A DNA stretch of 64,000 nt, taken from assembly GCA_020348445.1 (NCBI GenBank), contig CP070751.1:2744750-2808749 (forward strand), given 5' to 3'. Shown in pieces: positions 1 to 10,100 of this stretch; the first letter of the stretch is position 1; each line of letters begins with the position of its first letter. This stretch comes from Thermoplasmata archaeon (GTDB lineage: Archaea; Thermoplasmatota; Thermoplasmata; GCA-020350865). The position numbers and the translations under genes are program-made. The notes beneath the pieces are model-generated. The model was not told the origin of the DNA and did no database searches. It worked only from the letters and a program-made list of their open reading frames with translations.

Positions 1-447
1 GAGGAGCTCGTAGACAAGTTGAACTACAAGATCCAAAGAACTGCCTTTATGATCTCTTTGGATGACAAGAACGTGGATAAAGCATTGGCCATAATAAGAC
101 TTGCAACCAGTATCGAAGCCATTGCAGATGCTGCAATGGAGATTGCCGATGTGGTCCTACGGGATATCGAGCCCCATCCTATTTTCAAGATGAGTGTAAT
201 GGACTCTGATGTCATAATAACAAAAACCCCGGTTTCAAAATCTTCATTTTTAGCGAATAAAACCCTGGGTCAATCGAGACTAATGACTGATACAGGAATG
301 TGGGTCATCGCAATAAAGCGTGGAAAAACATGGATATACGGACCTGATGAGAATACCAAAATAAAGAATGGGGATGTTCTTTTTGCAAGGGGCCCTAGGG
401 AAGGGGAAAAAGAGTTTCTAAAGCTGACAAAAGGAAGAAAAAAATAA
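1..447 (+). CDS. PhoU-like plus TrkA-C (RCK_C) domain protein, 5' partial
   Basis: Frame is open from base 1 (EELVDKLNYKIQR...). PhoU-like helix LATSIEAIADAAMEIADVV, then TrkA-C pattern LANKTLGQ..TGMWVIAIKRG..P..NTKIKNGDVLFARG. Confidence 0.75.
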   Translation, partial: EELVDKLNYKIQRTAFMISLDDKNVDKALAIIRLATSIEAIADAAMEIADVVLRDIEPHPIFKMSVMDSDVIITKTPVSKSSFLANKTLGQSRLMTDTGMWVIAIKRGKTWIYGPDENTKIKNGDVLFARGPREGEKEFLKLTKGRKK

Positions 448-560
448 AAAGAGGGAGCGGTTTTATTAAGAAGTAACATTCATTTATCCCTTTTCATCAG
501 AGAATCCAGAAAGAACTGCTTCAATAAAATAAAGATAGATTCTAGTAGACATGATGTCCA

Positions 561-636
561 CATCCGATAAAATGGCTATTTAATTCCACCTCCCAAGAAT
601 CTATGTGATTCTGGTAGTTTCTGTTTCGCTTCCTCT
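561..636 (-). pseudogene. ~75-bp relic of the C-terminal domain of the PQQ/PKD surface protein family
   Basis: 561-636 aligns ungapped to 2855-2930; the first 23 nt (catccgataaaatggctatttaa) are identical. Minus strand reads KRNRNYQNHIDSWEVELNSHFIGC versus KKNSDHWNHIEPWEVDLNSHFIGC, with in-frame stops on both sides. Confidence 0.7.
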
Positions 637-711
637 ATACCATTGCGATCGGTGAAATCCATATATGGGAACTCACTTGCTCGAAGCGGATAGTTGGAAA
701 TTTATCACTTT

Positions 712-1197
712 CTAATATTTCCAACCTTGCTCTCTAAAGAATTCTATTAATGAAATACATTTCATATTATAATCTTTACAAACATCCGGTATTTTTGGCC
801 GAGCAGTGGGATCAGTCCTTGGGTGTTCAGATGTTATGACTGTCCATTTTCTTGTTTTTGCTAAAGCAATTAGAAATGGATCTGCTTCTGGAATAGTCTT
901 ATCAGGATCTATAAGTCTCTGGTATTTTGATGAAATAATACTGACTTCTTTAAGTTGTTCCTCATCTAAATCAATGAACATAGTTTTATGTTTCTTAGCC
1001 CATTCCAACATCTCATCATCAACTTTTTTAAGCTCATTATAAACTTCTTTTGGAGCGATTAATAATCTTTGTTTAATGAGAGCTTCAATATCTTTCCATA
1101 ATTTATTAAAAATATCTGGAGGATAAAATCTTCTCCATAAATCTATCAAGGCACATGTATCAATACAATAACCCTTGGTTAGCCTTGCTTGAATCAT
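712..1197 (-). CDS. DUF4411 family PIN-like protein
   Basis: YCIDTCALI PIN start, FYPPDIFNKLW, ADPFLIALA, VITSE, KIPDVC motifs. ATGA overlap with the upstream gene. Confidence 0.8.
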   Translation of the reverse strand: MIQARLTKGYCIDTCALIDLWRRFYPPDIFNKLWKDIEALIKQRLLIAPKEVYNELKKVDDEMLEWAKKHKTMFIDLDEEQLKEVSIISSKYQRLIDPDKTIPEADPFLIALAKTRKWTVITSEHPRTDPTARPKIPDVCKDYNMKCISLIEFFREQGWKY

Positions 1198-2393
1198 GCA
1201 TTAACCTCAAGTAACTTCTCCACCTTAGGAAGATATTTGAGATGAATATCGAGGTAATCAGCCACATCACTGCAGGTGATCCTATCATTCTTATATGATT
1301 CTAAGACTAATGTAACGAATGGAGTTCCATTTTTTTGAATGCATTCTTTAGGCGGATCTCGCCGCCCTCCCGTTTTTTTCTCTTGCTCTCTTTTTGCTTT
1401 TGTTTCCCATTCACCATGTTTTCTTTGATAATATCTTCTCGATGTTCGCTTGAATAGGAGTAACCGCCTAAGAATCACTTCTGGACTTACATTAAAATCT
1501 TTAGCAATTTTCCCAAGGGTTCTACTAGACCATTCTTGGGGGGTGTTTATTCCCCTAACAAAGTCATGATTTAATAGATCCTCTTCGGGAACCAAAAATG
1601 AACCTGAAAAATGATTACAAAATATTTCAATTGCTCTTATTTCCCCAGATGAGGTGATGCGGTTTTTGGATTCCCAATTCTCTACTCTAATTGGATCACA
1701 TATCCCTCCCTTTTTTAAAAGAAGATGTCCGAATTCGTGCCAAAGAGAAAAGGTTCGACCTGTAATACTATCTTTTGTATTTAGAATAATAACTGGAATG
1801 TCACCATCAGTTAAAGAAAAAGCTCTTAATTCTTCGATAGGCATGGACATCTGAAATACCAACACACCGAGATTTTCAATTGACATTTTCCATTGATTAA
1901 ATGCATCAGTATGGTTCTCCCAGCTGAATTGTTGATGGACTGGGATGTTAATAATTTTCCTCACCTTCTTTGCTAAACTTTCCGGATTCGCTGAGAGTGT
2001 AACATGACCGATTTTCTTCATAATGTCGCTATGAAAATCGCTTTCTAGTTCCTTAGTCAAAGAATGAAGCCGTCTCGCTCTTCTAATTGCTAGTCTAGTT
2101 TTAGGAGAAACAGGTATTTTATCTTCTCCCGGTAATGTTCGAAAATCCTTAGGAAGCGGGGGTTCTTTTGGAGGCTCTGTTAAAAAAAACACTGCAAGCG
2201 GTCTCTTGTAATAAGTAGAAAGGGTTTTTACTTGGTTCAATGTGGGTTTTTTATCTCCCGATTCCCACATTTCTACCAGATTAGTGCTGATATTAAGCCT
2301 AGAGGCGACATCATTTATAGTCCTTCCAATACTCTCCCTTGCCCATATAAGGACCTTTGGTTTAACATCAACCTCTAAAGATTTTTTTGACAT
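1194..2393 (-). CDS. XRE-family HTH fused to ImmA/IrrE metallopeptidase
   Basis: N-terminal XRE HTH (LIWARESIG.TINDVASRL....VEMWESGDKKPTLNQV), HExxH (HEFGH) and EIFCNHFSGSFLVP. Start moved from 2546 to ATG 2393, which has a GGAGGG SD. Confidence 0.9.
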   Translation of the reverse strand: MSKKSLEVDVKPKVLIWARESIGRTINDVASRLNISTNLVEMWESGDKKPTLNQVKTLSTYYKRPLAVFFLTEPPKEPPLPKDFRTLPGEDKIPVSPKTRLAIRRARRLHSLTKELESDFHSDIMKKIGHVTLSANPESLAKKVRKIINIPVHQQFSWENHTDAFNQWKMSIENLGVLVFQMSMPIEELRAFSLTDGDIPVIILNTKDSITGRTFSLWHEFGHLLLKKGGICDPIRVENWESKNRITSSGEIRAIEIFCNHFSGSFLVPEEDLLNHDFVRGINTPQEWSSRTLGKIAKDFNVSPEVILRRLLLFKRTSRRYYQRKHGEWETKAKREQEKKTGGRRDPPKECIQKNGTPFVTLVLESYKNDRITCSDVADYLDIHLKYLPKVEKLLEVNA

Positions 2394-2583
2394 AGCTATA
2401 TTCCCTCCAAATGCTGTTTCAGCTCCTATACACTCGGAATGGGCACACAGCTTTATCTTTTTATCGCTCCTCTCCTCAATTTGATATGTTTTTTCGCTAT
2501 AATCTGAATGCTCAAAAAAGCTATAAAATCGATTTTGGATTACCAAACCTCAACCTCATTTTAAGGCTTTGATGGGAGATACC

Positions 2584-4893
2584 TTATGTTATATCAATAG
2601 AATCAGAACCTTGACCCACTCCCAACCTGATATTATCATCATCTCTCACAACCAAAATCACTGTCCCAGGCCCTTCATATGTCAATGCAGTCGTGTCTAT
2701 GATGTCCATGGGACTTACTTTTGGTGAGGGATAGGGATCAGTATTTGGAGGATTGTTCAGGTATAAAACAGTCACGGTCTGAGTGCCATAGGAGTAAGTC
2801 AGAGTTAAATCATCACTTCCAGGTTCTGTGATATGAGAGGTAACCTCAAATGTGCATCCGATAAAATGGCTATTTAAATCCACCTCCCAGGGTTCTATGT
2901 GATTCCAGTGGTCGCTGTTTTTCTTCTTTGACTGCTGGACATTGAAGGTGTGGTGGATCTTTTTTATACTCCCGTTCTGGGATTTTAAATATATCCAGAC
3001 CGGATTACCCCCTACATTTGGCGGGTCTTCGGGTATGTAGGTAACTGTTGCGGAATATGATTTTGAAAAGTTGATGCGGACTGGAATCCAGGCCATCTGC
3101 TCGTCTGGTGAGCCTGGCAAGCGCTCAATAGAGACGTAGCCTTGGCTATTACCTTCTTCATAGAGTGTCATACTCACATTGTTGTACTTTCTACCTGCGA
3201 CTCTTAATCCTATTTCTAAATTCATGACCGCTGATTCGATGGTTGCTGTTGGGTTTACATTTACTACAGTGATGTTGCAGGTATCCATGGCTGTTAAATT
3301 ATCGTAATCTGTCACTCTCAAGGTCGCAACAAAAACACCATCATCGCCATAGATGTGGATTGGAGTTGGACCTGTTGCGTCGGGTGGTGCACCTGTTTGC
3401 CACCATAGGCCATCGCTTGAATCGAAGTCCCATTCGTAGGATTCGATTGTGCCATCGGTATCGTAGGAGGATGAGGCGTTTAGTTGGACGGGGGAGACTT
3501 CGATTATGGATTGATCTGGGCCCGCGTTGGCGATGGGTGGTATATTTGTTGATCCGATAGCATAAACATTATAATCGGTGGAACCGAAATAAATAGTTCC
3601 ATCATAATTTATTGCAGGAGAAGAGTGCAATGAAGAACCAGTTGCGAAATTCCATTTCTCGGTACCATTTGGATTGATTGCGTAAAGTATATCATCTTGA
3701 GAACCGATGTAAATAGTACCGTCGGAGCCAATTGTTGGTGATGAAGATATATAGTCATTTGTCTTGAAATCCCATTTCTTGGTACCATTTGGATTAATCG
3801 CATAAAGCTTTCCATCTAAAGAGCCCACATAAATTGTACCATCGTAACCGATTGCGGGTGACGAACGGACTGAGCCATCTGTTACGAAATTCCATTTTTC
3901 GGTCCCATCTGGATAAATTGCGTAAAGTTTATTATCGCGAGAGCCAACATAAATCGTCCCATCAGAGCCTATAGCAGGTGATGAATCTACCCATAATCCA
4001 GTTATAAAACTCCATTTTACAGTGCCATCTGGGTTAAACGCATATAATTTATGATCTTGAGAACCTACATAAATAGTTTTATCGAAATCAATAGCTGGTG
4101 ATGACGATATACGGTAACCAGTAATGAAGTTCCATTTTTCGGTTCCATCTGGATTAATTGCATAGAACTTGTGATCACTTGAACCGACGTAAATTGTACC
4201 ATCAGAGTCAATTGCAGGGGATGAACTTACACCCCAACCAGTAATAAAACGCCATTTCTCTGTGCCGTCTGGGTTTATTGCCCAGAAATAATAGTTATTA
4301 GAGCCCACATAAATTGTACCTTCAGCGCTTATTGCAGGTGAAGAGAGTATAGAACCTCCGGTTGTAAAATTCCATTTTTCGGTTCCATCTGGATTGATTG
4401 CATAAAGCTTTTTATCACCAATAGAACCGATATATATTGTCCCATCTGACCCTATAGCAGGAGATGATTCCACATTACTACCGGTTGTGAAACTCCATTT
4501 CAATTGCCCATTATTTCCACTTGTATCATATGGACTTTGACCTGTATGATTGAGATTCTGACGAAACATTGGCCATGGAGAGTTTGCGAGACCGCCTATT
4601 CCGTTGGAACTTAAACTTGTCTTTCTTTTATTTTGAGATGAGGAGCTTATAAGATCACTACTACCACTACAATTAGAAATAGGATCATTATCCTCCTGAG
4701 AAAACGAGTCTGCAAGATTCTTCGTTTCACTTGAGCTCGGATCTGAGTTACTAATATTTGGAGAAATAGGTTCGCCAAATTCTTCAGTCCCACTTAAAAC
4801 AGAACTCGAATTACTTTCATTTTGAGGGATTATCTCAAAATAATTTGTTATCATTATTGCACAAATAAATATGCTTGCAAACTTGGATTTCAT
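2584..4893 (-). CDS. Secreted PQQ-like beta-propeller + PKD domain surface protein
   Basis: Signal peptide, Ser-rich linker, WPMFRQN..HTG, eight SSPAIxxDGTIYVGS..KLYAINPDGTEKW repeats, PKD start PPIANAGPDQ...YEWDF. Confidence 0.85.
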   Translation of the reverse strand: MKSKFASIFICAIMITNYFEIIPQNESNSSSVLSGTEEFGEPISPNISNSDPSSSETKNLADSFSQEDNDPISNCSGSSDLISSSSQNKRKTSLSSNGIGGLANSPWPMFRQNLNHTGQSPYDTSGNNGQLKWSFTTGSNVESSPAIGSDGTIYIGSIGDKKLYAINPDGTEKWNFTTGGSILSSPAISAEGTIYVGSNNYYFWAINPDGTEKWRFITGWGVSSSPAIDSDGTIYVGSSDHKFYAINPDGTEKWNFITGYRISSSPAIDFDKTIYVGSQDHKLYAFNPDGTVKWSFITGLWVDSSPAIGSDGTIYVGSRDNKLYAIYPDGTEKWNFVTDGSVRSSPAIGYDGTIYVGSLDGKLYAINPNGTKKWDFKTNDYISSSPTIGSDGTIYIGSQDDILYAINPNGTEKWNFATGSSLHSSPAINYDGTIYFGSTDYNVYAIGSTNIPPIANAGPDQSIIEVSPVQLNASSSYDTDGTIESYEWDFDSSDGLWWQTGAPPDATGPTPIHIYGDDGVFVATLRVTDYDNLTAMDTCNITVVNVNPTATIESAVMNLEIGLRVAGRKYNNVSMTLYEEGNSQGYVSIERLPGSPDEQMAWIPVRINFSKSYSATVTYIPEDPPNVGGNPVWIYLKSQNGSIKKIHHTFNVQQSKKKNSDHWNHIEPWEVDLNSHFIGCTFEVTSHITEPGSDDLTLTYSYGTQTVTVLYLNNPPNTDPYPSPKVSPMDIIDTTALTYEGPGTVILVVRDDDNIRLGVGQGSDSIDIT
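3565..4510 (-). repeat. Eight ~120-bp intragenic beta-propeller blade repeats
   Basis: Recurring ttccatttttc/ggttccatctggatt units with ~120 nt period, matching the protein repeats. Confidence 0.85.
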
Positions 4894-5130
4894 TTCCTAC
4901 TCTCCACTATCGCCAGCTCTATTAGAAACACCCTTCCTGGTGTCTCCCTCCAGGCTTTGATAGTTATAATGGGAGTTTTGTGTATTTATAATTTTACCTA
5001 CTAACAATATTTCGGTGTTCTTCTTAAATAGAAGAAATGTTAAAATTGGATAATGAGACATTCATAAAAGATGTTATCCTAATCGATATCCATGAGTAGA
5101 GAACAACAAAATAAACAGACAAAAAAAAAA

Positions 5131-6771
5131 TCACATCATAGGCGGCATTCCACCCATCCCGCCTCCACCAGGTGGCCCACCTGCAGGCATCTCTGTGTGC
5201 TTTGCTGCAATCACATCATCTATCCTTAAGATCATGGTGGCAACCTCGGTTGCAGACTCAAGAGCCTGGGTTTTTACCCTGAGTGGTTCCAGAACCTTCA
5301 TCTTTGCCATGTCAGTGACCTTTCCTGTGATGACATTTATACCTGAGTTTTTGTTCTTCGATTTTCCACCATGCGCCTTTTTCAGGTCAATTATTGTATC
5401 AATACCATCCAGGCCAGCATTTTCTGCCAGGGCTCTTGGAATGACCTCCATAGCCTCGGCAAAGGCCTCGATTGCTAGCTGCTCCCTACCTCCAACAGTG
5501 GCTGCGAACCGCCTCAGATGAATTGCAAGCTCGATTTCTGTTGCACCTCCACCTGCCACTACCTTTTGATCCTCGATTGTTACTGCCACCACCTTCAGTG
5601 CATCATGCAGGGAGCGCTCCACTTCATCTACTACATGCTCTGTTCCTCCTCTTACAAGGATGGATACTGCCTTTGGATTCTTGCAGCCCGAAACAAAAGT
5701 CATCTCGTCATTTGCCACCTTCTTTTCCTCCACATGTTTTGCTTCTCCCAGTTCCTTTTTAGTGAGTTCGTTTAGGCTGCTTACGATTTTTGCGGAAGTT
5801 GCCTTTGCCAGTTTCTTCATATCTGATTCCTTTACTCTTCTTACCGCGTATATACCCTCCTTTGCCAGGTAATGCTGGGCCAGATCATCTATTCCTTTTT
5901 GACAGAATAAAACATTGGCTTTGGAATCTTTGACTTTCTCAACCATCTCCTTTAACATTCTTTCCTCTTCATCCAGGAATTTCGAAAGTTGTGAGACATC
6001 CTCTATCTTTATCTCTGCAGAAACCTCGGTCTTTTTCACTTCCATTGCCGCATTTAACAGGGCGATTTTAGCATTTTTCACGTGCTGGGGCATCCTCGGA
6101 TGTACCCTCTCCTTATCAACGATTATCCCATTTAACATCATGGTGTCGTGGGCTGAGCCGCCGTATTTCTTTTCCACCTTAATATTATCGATATCTGCTA
6201 TAGATTTACCATCGATCTTCTCCTTTATGGCCATGACTGCCGCAACCGCGATTTGGGAAAGATGCTCGCTTGCACCTATGCTCTTTCCAGTCATGGCTGT
6301 CTTTGCTATGTCACCAAGCAGTTTCTTATCCTCAGGTGATGTTTTTATACTCATTTTTACAAGCACCTTCTTTGCTTCGTCAGCTGCCAGACGATAGCCA
6401 TTGGCAACGATTGTAGCATGAATATTTGACTCAGTGAGCTCCTCAGCTTTCTTTAAAAGCTCACCCGCTATGACAACCGCCGTGGTCGTACCATCACCGC
6501 ATTCATTGTCTTGGGTCTTGGAGACCTCTACCACCATCTTGGCTGCAGGGTGCTCGATATCGATTTCTTTTAAAATGGTTGCACCATCGTTTGTAATCAC
6601 CACATCGCCAAGACTGTCCACAAGCATTTTATCCATGCCCCTTGGTCCCAAGGTGGTTCGAACCGCGTCTGCGATTGCTTTGGCAGCCGCGATGTTGTTG
6701 GACTGAGCTCCTTTTCCTTTATCCCTTTTTGTTCCTTCCTTTAAAATTACAATGGGTGTTCCTGTCATCAT
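5131..6771 (-). CDS. ths: Thermosome subunit (group II chaperonin)
   Basis: [30 protein letters not shown] and VAGGGATE motifs; GGM-rich C-terminus. Confidence 0.97.
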   Translation of the reverse strand: MMTGTPIVILKEGTKRDKGKGAQSNNIAAAKAIADAVRTTLGPRGMDKMLVDSLGDVVITNDGATILKEIDIEHPAAKMVVEVSKTQDNECGDGTTTAVVIAGELLKKAEELTESNIHATIVANGYRLAADEAKKVLVKMSIKTSPEDKKLLGDIAKTAMTGKSIGASEHLSQIAVAAVMAIKEKIDGKSIADIDNIKVEKKYGGSAHDTMMLNGIIVDKERVHPRMPQHVKNAKIALLNAAMEVKKTEVSAEIKIEDVSQLSKFLDEEERMLKEMVEKVKDSKANVLFCQKGIDDLAQHYLAKEGIYAVRRVKESDMKKLAKATSAKIVSSLNELTKKELGEAKHVEEKKVANDEMTFVSGCKNPKAVSILVRGGTEHVVDEVERSLHDALKVVAVTIEDQKVVAGGGATEIELAIHLRRFAATVGGREQLAIEAFAEAMEVIPRALAENAGLDGIDTIIDLKKAHGGKSKNKNSGINVITGKVTDMAKMKVLEPLRVKTQALESATEVATMILRIDDVIAAKHTEMPAGGPPGGGGMGGMPPMM

Positions 6772-7123
6772 AACATTCCCTCCGACTCAAATCATTAACA
6801 TCTTTGAATTTCCGATTCTCTTGGATTTCAAGAGGGTATGATAGTTCTTCTATATATAATTTCCTTGATGGTGGGTGGATGGTTTTTATAAACGGTTTTG
6901 ATTAGTTTTCAGTCGTTGAATTGGTAATTATTTCCGCATTTAGCCCCATAAAATCGACTATTTACCAATAGAAAAATATATGAGGCAATCCAACTATTCT
7001 ATATAAATTAGTTTGTACAGGAAAAGGCTGTAAATAAACGCATAAATAGTGGGCGAAATTTATTGGCATTTTCCATTCGAATGGTGGAAAAACAATGATG
7101 TCGATTCGGGGGAGAAATGGAAA

Positions 7124-10100
7124 ATGAACCAGGGCGGTGAGAGAAAGACTCTTAAAGAGTTCCTAGAGGACCTTCCCAAGGAACCATGCTTTACTCCGCT
7201 TCCTAATCAATATTGTGTTATATGTTCAGTATCCAATAAAGATGTGGCCGAAGCATGCATAAAAAGCGGGAATATCCCTTCGAAACTTAAGGCATTGAAA
7301 AAGGATCAACTCATGGAAATCGCCGAGTGCTTTGGGCAATCCACAGAGGGATCCAAATCAGAATTGATAGAAAGGGTAATAAATGTAATTGAGGGAGCCG
7401 AGGAGGAGGTTGAAGAGGTTGCCCCTTCAGAGGAGGAGGTTGTAGAGTTCGAGGTAATGGAGGAAGGAGAGGAAGAAATCGAAAGGCCCCCTCCAACAAT
7501 GGAGAAAGAGGAAAAAGAAGAAAGGATTGCTGAAAATCCTCTTATGGAGTTTCGGGAAAACCTACCTATTGATCCGTGTTTCACACCCCTTCCAAATCAA
7601 CATTGTACAATATGTTCAATTATGAATAAAGATGTGGCCTCAAGATGTATAAAGGGTGGGCAGATACCTTCTAAACTCGCGGCTATGGAAAAGAACCAGC
7701 TAGTGGATATCGCCTCCTGTCTTGGCTTATCTTGGGAGGGAACAAATGATGATTTGATTCAAAGAATTATCACTGCATCTGAGGAAGGTGAAGTTGAATT
7801 GGAAAAGGTGGCTGAAGAAGAAGTGGAAGAGCAAGTACAAGAGGAGGAGGAAGAAGAGGTTCCAATCGAAGAGGAAGTAATTGAGGAAGAGGTTGTCGAG
7901 CCTGAAGAAGGTGGGGTAGAATTTGAATTGATGGCTGAAGAAGAAGTCGAAGAGCAGGCAGAAGAGGAAGAACCCTCGGAAGAAGAACCTGAAGAAGAGG
8001 TAGTTGAGGAACCAGAAGAGGAGGTTCCAATTGAAGAGGAAGAGGTTGCTGAAGAGGTCGAAGAGGAAGGTCCAACAGAAAAAGAAGAAGAAATTGAGAA
8101 ATCCCCTCTCAGAAAATTTCTTGACGAGCCTCCCAAAGAGCCTTGTTTTTCTCCACTTCCTAACGAATACTGCATCATATGTTCAATATCAAATAAAGAT
8201 GTTGCCTCAACATGCATAAAAGGTGGCCAAATATCATCGAAACTAAAAGCACAAAAAAAGGCTCAACTCATGGAGATTGCAGAATGTCTAAATCAATCTA
8301 CCGAAGGGACGAAGCCTGAATTGATAAAAAGAATCCTTCGTGTGTCTGGGGAAGCTGAAGAGAAGGATGAGTTGGTTGAGCCTGAAGAGGAAGAAATAGA
8401 AATCGAGGAGGAGGCAGAGGAAGGCGAGGAAGAAGTCAAAGCAGGTGAAATAGAAGAAGGAGTAAAAGAATCCCCTCTCAGAGAGTTTTTGAAAAATCTT
8501 CCCAAAGAACCGTGCTTTACTCCACTTCCCAACGATTTTTGCACCATATGTACAATTTCAAATGAAGATGTGGCCTCGGCATGTATAAAGGGGGGAGATG
8601 TGTCCTCGAAGCTCAAGCCCATGAAAAAGGCCAAGCTTATCGAAATCGCAGAGTGCCTCAGCCTCTCAATTAAGGGTACAAAATCAGATTTGTTGAAAAG
8701 GATACTTGCTCAAACGATAGAAGGTGAAGCAGAGGTTCCGGAGGAGGAATCACTTCCCTCTTTGCTTGAAGAGTTCACAGATAGGATGGAAAAGGCAGCC
8801 ATCGGGCCAAAAGAAGAAAAAGAACTGACCCTCAGGGGATTTATACTCGATCTTCCAACACAACCTTGTTTCACACCGCTTCCTGACAGCTATTGTATCT
8901 TATGCTCAAGGCTCAACAAAGAGGTTGCTGATTCATGCATAAAGGGTGGGCAGCCACTGTCGAAGCTCAAGCGTATGAAGAAGATTCATCTCATTGAAAT
9001 CGCGAGTTGCCTGGGCCTTTCCACAGATAGAACGAAGATGGAATTGGTAGAAGACATCTTGGCTGCAACCGAGCAACCCGAATTAGCTATAAGAGAGGTA
9101 AAAAAGGTAGAGGAGAAAAAAAGGATCGAAGCACCACCCGTTCCAGTGGTTGAAAAGGAAGCACCGAAGGTCATGGAAGGTGAACTGGAACTTGAATGTC
9201 CAGATTGTGGAACTTCGGTTGAGATCGATGCATCAGTGTGCCCTTCTTGTGGATTTGATTTTGCACTTGCAGAAAAGGAGGAATTGCCCGAGGAGGGGTA
9301 CGAGTGTCCAGAATGCGGCAGAATTTTTACTGAACCTGTTCCCTCTTGTCCGGATTGTGGGACCGAATTTGAAGGAGTAGAAGCATTTGAAGAGGAAGCA
9401 GAGGAGGAGCTTGAAGAGTACGAGTGCCCTGATTGCGGTTCCTTAGTCACTGTAAAGGATTCAGTGTGTCCGTGGTGCGGTCTGGAATTTGACGTGGAAG
9501 CCCGGGAAGAGGAAGTTATTGAACATGAATTTGAAGAGTTCGAGGAAGTGGGGGAAGAGGAAAGAGGTCTTGAAAGTCGTGTATCTGAGATTGGGGAACC
9601 TGAAAAAGCGGTTTTTACGGCAGGTATTACCAACGGTCTTCGCGAGGGCGAGGGTGGATTGACAAATGGCATTACCAATGGATTGAAGGTGGCCAGGCCG
9701 GGTCTCACAAATGGACTTACCAATGGCTATAGAAAGGGTAAGCCTGGTCTGACCAACGGTTTGACCAATGGCCTAACAAACGGTCTTCGAGCCTTGAAAG
9801 TGGGCATTACAAATGGATTGACCAACGGTAACGGTATTACAAACGGTCTGGGTCCTAAACGCCCTGTTATCAAGGAGAAAAGCAATAAATTGAAACTCAT
9901 TGCTGTACCGATAATACTGATTATGCTGATTTTAACTCCCTATATTATAGTGGACATGGCCGAGCCAGAAGAGCGGATTGAAATCGATGGTAGTTTCGGT
10001 GATTGGAGTGGCGTGGATAAATTCTCAGAGGAAGCCGATGTACCTCCAGAAAACATAAATGTCGATATCACCTCCTTTGGAGTTGACAGCAGGCAGCAGG

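Noticed and set aside
2394-2546. 51-aa N-terminal extension of the XRE-ImmA ORF
   Set aside because: The HTH begins right after ATG 2393, which has a good SD; the extension has no recognisable features.
561-2930. Repeat pair as a DGR template/variable region
   Set aside because: Mismatches are not confined to adenines on either strand, and there is no reverse transcriptase in the window.
5195-6706. Plus-strand ORFs inside the thermosome gene
   Set aside because: Antisense or alternate-frame shadows of a highly conserved gene.
7306-9723. Ser/Leu/Pro-rich minus-strand ORFs
   Set aside because: Reverse-complement artefacts of GAA/GAG-rich Glu linkers.
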